NCBI GenBank assembly: GCA_964634365.1
Contig: CAZWJU010000002.1
Span: 103,150 to 167,149 of the forward strand
DNA from: an uncultured Candidatus Saccharibacteria bacterium
Lineage (GTDB): Bacteria > Patescibacteriota > Minisyncoccia > Phycocordibacterales > UBA9973
Reading direction: 5' to 3'
DNA length: 64,000 nucleotides
Under the pieces are notes generated by a model. The model did not search any database. It was not told the DNA's origin and was given only the letters and a program-made list of their open reading frames with translations. The position numbers were made by a program, and so were the translations under genes. This document shows, in pieces, positions 58,764-64,000 of this stretch; position 1 is the stretch's first letter; every line of letters begins with the position of its first letter.

Positions 58764-60290
58764 CTATCTTGCATACTCAATTACCCGAGTTTCTCTAATC
58801 AGGGTGACTTTTATTTCACCTGGATATTTCAATTCAGACTCTATTTTCTTTGCTATCTCACGAGCCATCTCTTTTGCTTCTACATCACCGACTTTTTCAG
58901 GAGTTACAAAAAGTCGTATCTCGCGACCAGCTTGGAGTGCATAAGATTTTTCTACACCTTCAAACTGATTTACAAGAGCTTCAAGTTCTGCAAGTCTGCG
59001 CAAGTAGTTTTCGACACTATCACGTCTTGCACCAGGTCTTCCGCCAGATATATAGTCTGCTGTTTGTACTATCACAGCTTCTAGTGTTTCGTGTGGGCAG
59101 TCATCGTGGTGAGATTTCATAGCTTGTATAACGCGTGGATCAGCACCAAATTTCTGCAAGATTCTGATACCGATATCTATGTGTGTACCTTGAACCTCAT
59201 GGTCTAGGGCCTTACCTATATCATGTACAAGCGCACCAGCTTTTGCTATCTGCACATCTGCACCGAGCTCTTCGGCTATCATGCCCGCGATGTGAGTCAT
59301 CTCAATTGAGTGTTGAAGTACGTTTTGTCCATAACTTGTTCGGAAATATAGACGTCCGATTATGGCTACTATACGAGGATCGAAGTTGAATATTCCACAT
59401 TCGTACACTGCTTGCTCACCCTTCTCTTTGATAATTTTATTTATATCTTCTTTTGCCTTATCTACCATTTCTTCGATCTTTGCAGGTTGGATACGTCCAT
59501 CGAGGATTAGGTTCTCAAGTGCAAGTCTTGCTATCTGTCTCCTAACTGGATCAAAACTAGATATTACAATAGTTCCAGGTGTGTCATCTACGATTAGCTC
59601 TACTCCGGCTGCACGCTCAAACGCTCTGATGTTTCGTCCTTCCTTTCCAATTATCTTTCCTTTGATTTCATCGTTTGGAATAGAAACGTTTGTCGCCATC
59701 AGTTCAGCTGCAGTAGAAGATGCTAGTCTTTGGATTGATGTTGCGAGTATTTCTTTTGCGCGTCCATCGAGTTTCTCCTGACCTGATTGTTCGAGCTTCT
59801 GGATTCTAACAAGTAAATCTTCTTCATAATCTTTTTCGATAGTAGTCATGAGCTCTGCTTTTGCATCTTCGCGAGTTAGTCCGGCTACACGCTCAAGCTC
59901 TTTGTGTTTTGTTTCTTCTAGCTCAACTGTTTTTTCTTTGATTTTTTTGATCTCTTCAACTTTGAGTTTTATATTCTCAACCTCTTTGTCTATTTCGGTT
60001 TGGCGAGCATCTAAAAGCTCCTCTTTTTTGATAAGGCGCTTTTCAGTTTCTTTGAACTCTATTTCGCGATTTTTCTCTTCCCTTTTTAGTTCTTCGTCAC
60101 GCTCCTCAGCTTTCTTTTTTGCTTCGTCTATTATTCTTTGCGCTTCCTCTTTTGCAGAGATCAATATCTTTTTGATCTCAAGCTCCATTGAACCCTTTTG
60201 TCCGAGGGCTATGATTAGTCGGAGATAATATCCGACTGCAACACCTACGACTAGTGCTAGTCCTAGGAATGCCAATAAATGTAAATTCAT
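58764..60290 (-). CDS. rny: Ribonuclease Y
   Basis: N-terminal TM, coiled coil, KH (KGKIIGKEGRNIR), HD (HDIGK), RPGAR. Confidence 0.97.
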   Translation of the reverse strand: MNLHLLAFLGLALVVGVAVGYYLRLIIALGQKGSMELEIKKILISAKEEAQRIIDEAKKKAEERDEELKREEKNREIEFKETEKRLIKKEELLDARQTEIDKEVENIKLKVEEIKKIKEKTVELEETKHKELERVAGLTREDAKAELMTTIEKDYEEDLLVRIQKLEQSGQEKLDGRAKEILATSIQRLASSTAAELMATNVSIPNDEIKGKIIGKEGRNIRAFERAAGVELIVDDTPGTIVISSFDPVRRQIARLALENLILDGRIQPAKIEEMVDKAKEDINKIIKEKGEQAVYECGIFNFDPRIVAIIGRLYFRTSYGQNVLQHSIEMTHIAGMIAEELGADVQIAKAGALVHDIGKALDHEVQGTHIDIGIRILQKFGADPRVIQAMKSHHDDCPHETLEAVIVQTADYISGGRPGARRDSVENYLRRLAELEALVNQFEGVEKSYALQAGREIRLFVTPEKVGDVEAKEMAREIAKKIESELKYPGEIKVTLIRETRVIEYAR

Positions 60291-60529
60291 GTAATCTTCG
60301 TCTGCTTACGATAGTAGTTTCGCTTTTTGAGTGATTTCTATTTGAATTTTAGTATTTTGATGATTCATATCAGAGCTTTGCAGAAATATTTTCTCACACA
60401 CTTCGCGTCTAAAATCTGGTAAGTAGGTAAATTGTTTATAAGTTCGATGTCTCCATATTAGCACACCTTTTTCATTGTGTCATTGATATTCTTGACATAG
60501 TACATATTCAGTTATACTTTATAGACATT

Positions 60530-60563
60530 AAAAATCCGCCTCGTTAGCAAGAGGCGGATTTTT
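60530..60563 (-). terminator. Intrinsic terminator
   Basis: AAAATCCGCCTC/GAGGCGGATTTT. Confidence 0.75.
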
Positions 60564-60943
60564 TAATTTGTCTGAGATTCGTCTTCTTCCTGCAAGACTT
60601 TTTCTATCTTTGCACTATGAGTTCCCTTGTCTATACCAAGTATTATCATACTAGCACCCATACCAATCATAGATACTGCTAGTATTCTATATGCTATTAA
60701 AATTTCTTTTATTGTCTCTGGCGGAAGACTGTCTATATTTTGCGCTAGAGTAGAATGTTCACCAAAAACTCTTTTTGCTACAAATGAACCAGCAATTACA
60801 GCAAAAACACCCGCCCATGTTGCTGGTTTTTTTAAGATTTCTTTTATTTTTAAAATAGTTTCTGGTTTTGCATTTTCAACCTTTTCCATGAAAATATCTT
60901 TCTCGCTTTTTTCTATTGGTGTATTTATATTTTCTTTTTCCAT
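60563..60943 (-). CDS. Hypothetical two-TM protein
   Basis: Two hydrophobic helices; 3 nt downstream of the 52-aa ORF. Confidence 0.7.
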   Translation of the reverse strand: MEKENINTPIEKSEKDIFMEKVENAKPETILKIKEILKKPATWAGVFAVIAGSFVAKRVFGEHSTLAQNIDSLPPETIKEILIAYRILAVSMIGMGASMIILGIDKGTHSAKIEKVLQEEDESQTN

Positions 60944-60946
60944 ATT

Positions 60947-61105
60947 TTACTTGTTGTCTTCATCTAATATATTTTCAATCTCTTTCATTGCATTTAGAGC
61001 AAGTTCCTCTATCGCAGCCTTTTCTGATTCGGTCGCAGTACCCTGCTTTATCTTTTCGACCATAGCTTCGTATTCTTCTTTTGTGTATTTTATTTCGTCT
61101 TGCAT
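60947..61105 (-). CDS. Unannotated 52-aa helical peptide
   Basis: MQDEIKYTKEEYEAMVEKIKQGTATESEKAAIEELALNAMKEIENILDEDNK; TGGTAAAAT 7 nt upstream. Confidence 0.65.
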   Translation of the reverse strand: MQDEIKYTKEEYEAMVEKIKQGTATESEKAAIEELALNAMKEIENILDEDNK

Positions 61106-61140
61106 ATTTTTTATTTTACCATATTTAAAAAAATGAAATA

Positions 61141-61408
61141 AAAAAAACCCGCAGAACTATTGTCTGCGGGGCGGGTCCACGGCGTGGGACCCTGTTTTTT
61201 GCCGGGGGGGGTCATGACTTCCTCCTGGCTCTCTTTTTTGGCCCAGTCGCTTCCGGTTATGGAAGTCTTCCTTTCGAAAGACTTCGGCGTAGTGCGACGG
61301 ATCGGGCCTCTGTTGTGCCCCGGCTCTTGGCCTAGCCCCTATCCTTTCGGTAGGGGGGCGGGCTCTGGCACGGGGGCTTCCGGCGTTTTAGACGTCCTTT
61401 ATCGACGC
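61141..61408 (-). ncRNA. Candidate novel GC-rich structured ncRNA (~270 nt)
   Basis: Consensus promoter upstream, terminator at the end, consecutive hairpins including two GAAA tetraloops, A-rich linkers, no credible ORF. Confidence 0.7.
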
Positions 61409-61414
61409 ATAGGT

Positions 61415-61443
61415 AGTATAGCACAGTGACTAATCTTTGTCAA
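61415..61443 (-). promoter_or_regulatory. sigma70 promoter TTGACA-17-TATACT with extended -10 TG
   Basis: Direct reading; -35 lies inside the end of the 56-aa ORF. Confidence 0.85.
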
Positions 61444-61600
61444 GCCCCTTATGCTTATCCTTCCGAGTATACCTGGCTTTATCTTTATGTGTCTTCCCTT
61501 TCATGTTTACTCCTGCAAATACATTTCGAGACATCTCTCTGCTTTCCTTTGCGAGATCATGTTTCACAACAATACGGATATTTTTCTTTTTCTTGCTCAT
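61430..61600 (-). CDS. Unannotated basic 56-aa protein, ArfA-like
   Basis: MSKKKKNIRIVVKHDLAKESREMSRNVFAGVNMKGKTHKDKARYTRKDKHKGLDKD; Y-x-R-K-x-K-H tail. Confidence 0.65.
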   Translation of the reverse strand: MSKKKKNIRIVVKHDLAKESREMSRNVFAGVNMKGKTHKDKARYTRKDKHKGLDKD

Positions 61601-61659
61601 AATTTTTTATTTTAAAAAATTAAACGAAAAAAGAAGGGATTACTCCCCTCTTTAAAAAA

Positions 61660-61974
61660 TTAATTCACCCAGTCATTCACGAGGGGTATTCGTGCTTGTT
61701 TGAAATATTTTTTCAAACCTACACAAATACTCTTTTGAATGTGAAGTGACACATTAAAACCAGTTACAGAAGCGAAGACCTTGTGGTCATACGCCCACGA
61801 AGTTTGATCAAGAATTTCAAGAATCTGATGGTTCATCGATATTGTCCGAAATATTCGAAGTACAATATCATCCAAAGATTCCCTGCCTCCCCAGAGAAAT
61901 AATTCGGTATGAGGCTCTTGATATCCTTCGTGGGGCACTTCTACTGCCAATGTAACTACAACAATTTTTTCCAT
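61660..61974 (-). CDS. Hypothetical protein
   Basis: 104-aa ORF co-oriented with neighbours. Confidence 0.55.
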   Translation of the reverse strand: MEKIVVVTLAVEVPHEGYQEPHTELFLWGGRESLDDIVLRIFRTISMNHQILEILDQTSWAYDHKVFASVTGFNVSLHIQKSICVGLKKYFKQARIPLVNDWVN

Positions 61975-62080
61975 ACGTTTACGTTTTTTGGTTTATTTTT
62001 TGTTTCGTGTAACGTTTAAAATTTATTCTTATTTTTACTTGTGAAACTGACTAAACGTATGGATATACTTAGGCAATATA

Positions 62081-62308
62081 TTACTTTTTCTTCAGATTTT
62101 CCGGAGTCGAACAGCCGACAAAATTAAAATCAATCCCATCACTTGTGTTCGACTGGTACGGAAGCACTGCACCAAGCAGCTTTTTCATGCCATCAACAAA
62201 ATTATCAACCTCATTTGGAGCGGCTTTCTCAATTTCATCCCACGCCACATGTAAGGTCACGGTTTTACCACGCTTGTCATCTTTTTGTGAAACAAAGGTA
62301 TATTGCAT
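62081..62308 (-). CDS. Hypothetical protein (75 aa)
   Basis: Start moved to ATG 62308, after GTTCTTTAAA and an A-rich tract. Confidence 0.55.
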   Translation of the reverse strand: MQYTFVSQKDDKRGKTVTLHVAWDEIEKAAPNEVDNFVDGMKKLLGAVLPYQSNTSDGIDFNFVGCSTPENLKKK

Positions 62309-62450
62309 ATATTTATTTTTTAAAGGTTTAAAGAACAAACGCGCGGCACTGCTGTGCCTGTGCAATGTCGCATGTTCGTCCTTCAATCTCTCTACAGAAC
62401 TCCGAATATTTCAGAATCCTGATAAAGGGAGCGAGTTATACTCGCCCTTT

Positions 62451-62615
62451 TTACCTTTTGATACCCATTGGTGTCATCAAAATCCTTTTCTCAAAAAAAT
62501 TCTGGGCTTTGCAAAGTTTTTGTTTTTTCTCCCCTGTAGGAAGAAATCCATTTTTCTTTAAAAGCTTGCTAGCTTCTTGTTCAAGTCTTTTTTGTTCCAA
62601 TGTTGTTTTTTCCAT
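62451..62615 (-). CDS. Small basic hypothetical protein
   Basis: MEKTTLEQKRL...TPMGIKR after an A-rich tract. Confidence 0.4.
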   Translation of the reverse strand: MEKTTLEQKRLEQEASKLLKKNGFLPTGEKKQKLCKAQNFFEKRILMTPMGIKR

Positions 62616-62831
62616 AAGATTATTTTTTCGACACAGAGTTTTTCTGAACAGACTTGTTGCATTGATCACAACACAGCAAGTCTTTTTATTTCCAAGGAAA
62701 ACTTGATGGGAGAGACGCGCCTCTCTTGCATCGCTAAACCTACCAGTCCGGCTGGCTTCGCATCTTTAGCAGACGCGATCACGTGGTCTTCGACTGTTCA
62801 TCGAGTTTTTGTTTTTGGGTGAAAAAATATT

Positions 62832-63245
62832 TTAAAACCAGATTACATGAGGCTCATACCCGAGTGGGAGTGTGAATTCTTTTTTGTAATCATCGAGGGC
62901 TTTCGAAAAATCCTCGCGACCATACCACCAGCCGGAGATACACTCACCTTGTGGATGTTTCTCAAACTGCAGAAATGCGCGATTGGCCTCATCTTGTGTT
63001 TCAAACACAAAGGTGTTTTCGCACATCATAGTAGTTACGGCGATAGGTTTATAACCAGCCGATTTCAAAATTTCAAGATCAAAATAAAACTTCTGTAAAT
63101 CTTTAGAGATATTATTTTCTTCCATCCATCTTTGACGTCTTTCAATTTCTTCAAACCATTCGTCCATTTCTTTTGCAATTTTTGGGTCGATTGGCCCTAA
63201 AAGATCATCGAGTTCTTTCAGATAATTTCTTCTTATAGATTTCAT
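62832..63245 (-). CDS. Hypothetical protein
   Basis: 137-aa ORF after GTTCTTTAAA and an A-rich tract. Confidence 0.7.
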   Translation of the reverse strand: MKSIRRNYLKELDDLLGPIDPKIAKEMDEWFEEIERRQRWMEENNISKDLQKFYFDLEILKSAGYKPIAVTTMMCENTFVFETQDEANRAFLQFEKHPQGECISGWWYGREDFSKALDDYKKEFTLPLGYEPHVIWF

Positions 63246-63556
63246 TTATTATTTTTTAGAATTTAAAGAACTATATTCATTTTGAAAACTCAACCTAAGT
63301 TCAGTTCTCAAAAATCAGGACGAAAAAAATAATACTGTCGTCCGGCAGTCGTTCGATATGAACTCCCACTTGCAATACGCAATTTACTTTACGCTCGTGG
63401 TATAACGCAGCTAGAGGCAACAACCTACTTCCTTCAGTTTTGCTTTATTTAGACTTTTCCTAGGTTGATCCAAGCTCAATCAATTTTCATCCCTGTAAAG
63501 GGATATATGATGAGAGCGTGAACCAGAGCCTTCATGAATCTGGACACCATTTTGTT

Positions 63557-63877
63557 TTACAAAATACAATAAATAGGAAGGAGAAGTTTTAATTTCATCT
63601 CCTCAACTATCTCTTCATTTGTTGCTTCGGGTTTTACAATTACTCCGATCCACAACGTATTTGCATCACTTGGGTATCTGTTAAAAATATAAGCTTTTTT
63701 TATATCAACATTATTTGTTTTTACGGCTTCCATAATATTTACAATTCTTCTAGCACATACAGAGCAATGCCCTTCTTCGGCAACTTCAAAATATGCCCTA
63801 CCATCATCACAAATACGAATTTCACGCTTAGTTGACCAGCCATTTAAGACTACAAAAAAAGATTTTATAACGTTCAT
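63557..63877 (-). CDS. Hypothetical protein with HCxxC motif
   Basis: 106-aa ORF; GHCSVC. Confidence 0.6.
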   Translation of the reverse strand: MNVIKSFFVVLNGWSTKREIRICDDGRAYFEVAEEGHCSVCARRIVNIMEAVKTNNVDIKKAYIFNRYPSDANTLWIGVIVKPEATNEEIVEEMKLKLLLPIYCIL

Positions 63878-64000
63878 GGTGATTCATTTGGTGAAATGGG
63901 GTTTCTAGAATTACCCCGTTCCACCAAATGAATTATTTTTATAAAGAACTTACTTTCTACCAAGCCGCAATCGAAATTGTAGTCTGGATAAAAAGGGCAA

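Noticed and set aside
58640-58808. DGR template/variable repeat pair for the rny tail duplicate
   Set aside because: Differences are not adenine-specific, are mostly synonymous, and no reverse transcriptase is present
61141-61408. RNase P, tmRNA or SRP identity for the GC-rich element
   Set aside because: No 5' GAGGAAAGTCC or 3' ACAGAA..GGCTTA, no tRNA-Ala-like ends, no SRP helix-8 motif; GAGGAAGTC occurs only near the 3' end
61160-61429. 89-aa plus-strand ORF over the GC-rich element
   Set aside because: TTG start, low-complexity Gly/Pro content expected from GC-rich hairpins, and antisense to a consensus promoter and terminator

Overview
AT-rich chromosomal segment whose gene content and style point to a Patescibacteria (CPR, probably Parcubacteria) genome; the taxonomy is inferred, not searched. 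Housekeeping genes (rpmB, sod, rnhA, recJ, HIT, rsmA, pcrA, pgk, tpiA, nusA, ppa, tig, clpP, rny) are mixed with a split ComEC, a type IV pilus operon, a chromosomal conjugation-like T4SS cluster (PrgI, VirB4, VirB6-like, pilin-M15 peptidase fusion) and large surface proteins. The least explained signals are non-coding or missing from the ORF track: (1) four dispersed 230-480 nt modular repeats with strong compensatory base-pair changes and swapped or inverted modules; (2) a GC-rich ~270 nt candidate ncRNA with a consensus sigma70 promoter and terminator, lying just behind an unannotated ArfA-like 56-aa ORF and sharing its promoter and terminator design with a lipoprotein cassette inserted between tig and clpP; (3) a synonymously recoded copy of the last 14 codons of rny just downstream of rny; (4) a Bacteroidetes-style T9SS substrate gene; (5) a terminal block of short ORFs separated by structured spacers with boxA-like motifs. 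No tRNA, rRNA, CRISPR array, integrase or transposase was recognised. All structures were paired by eye; no folding or database search was run.
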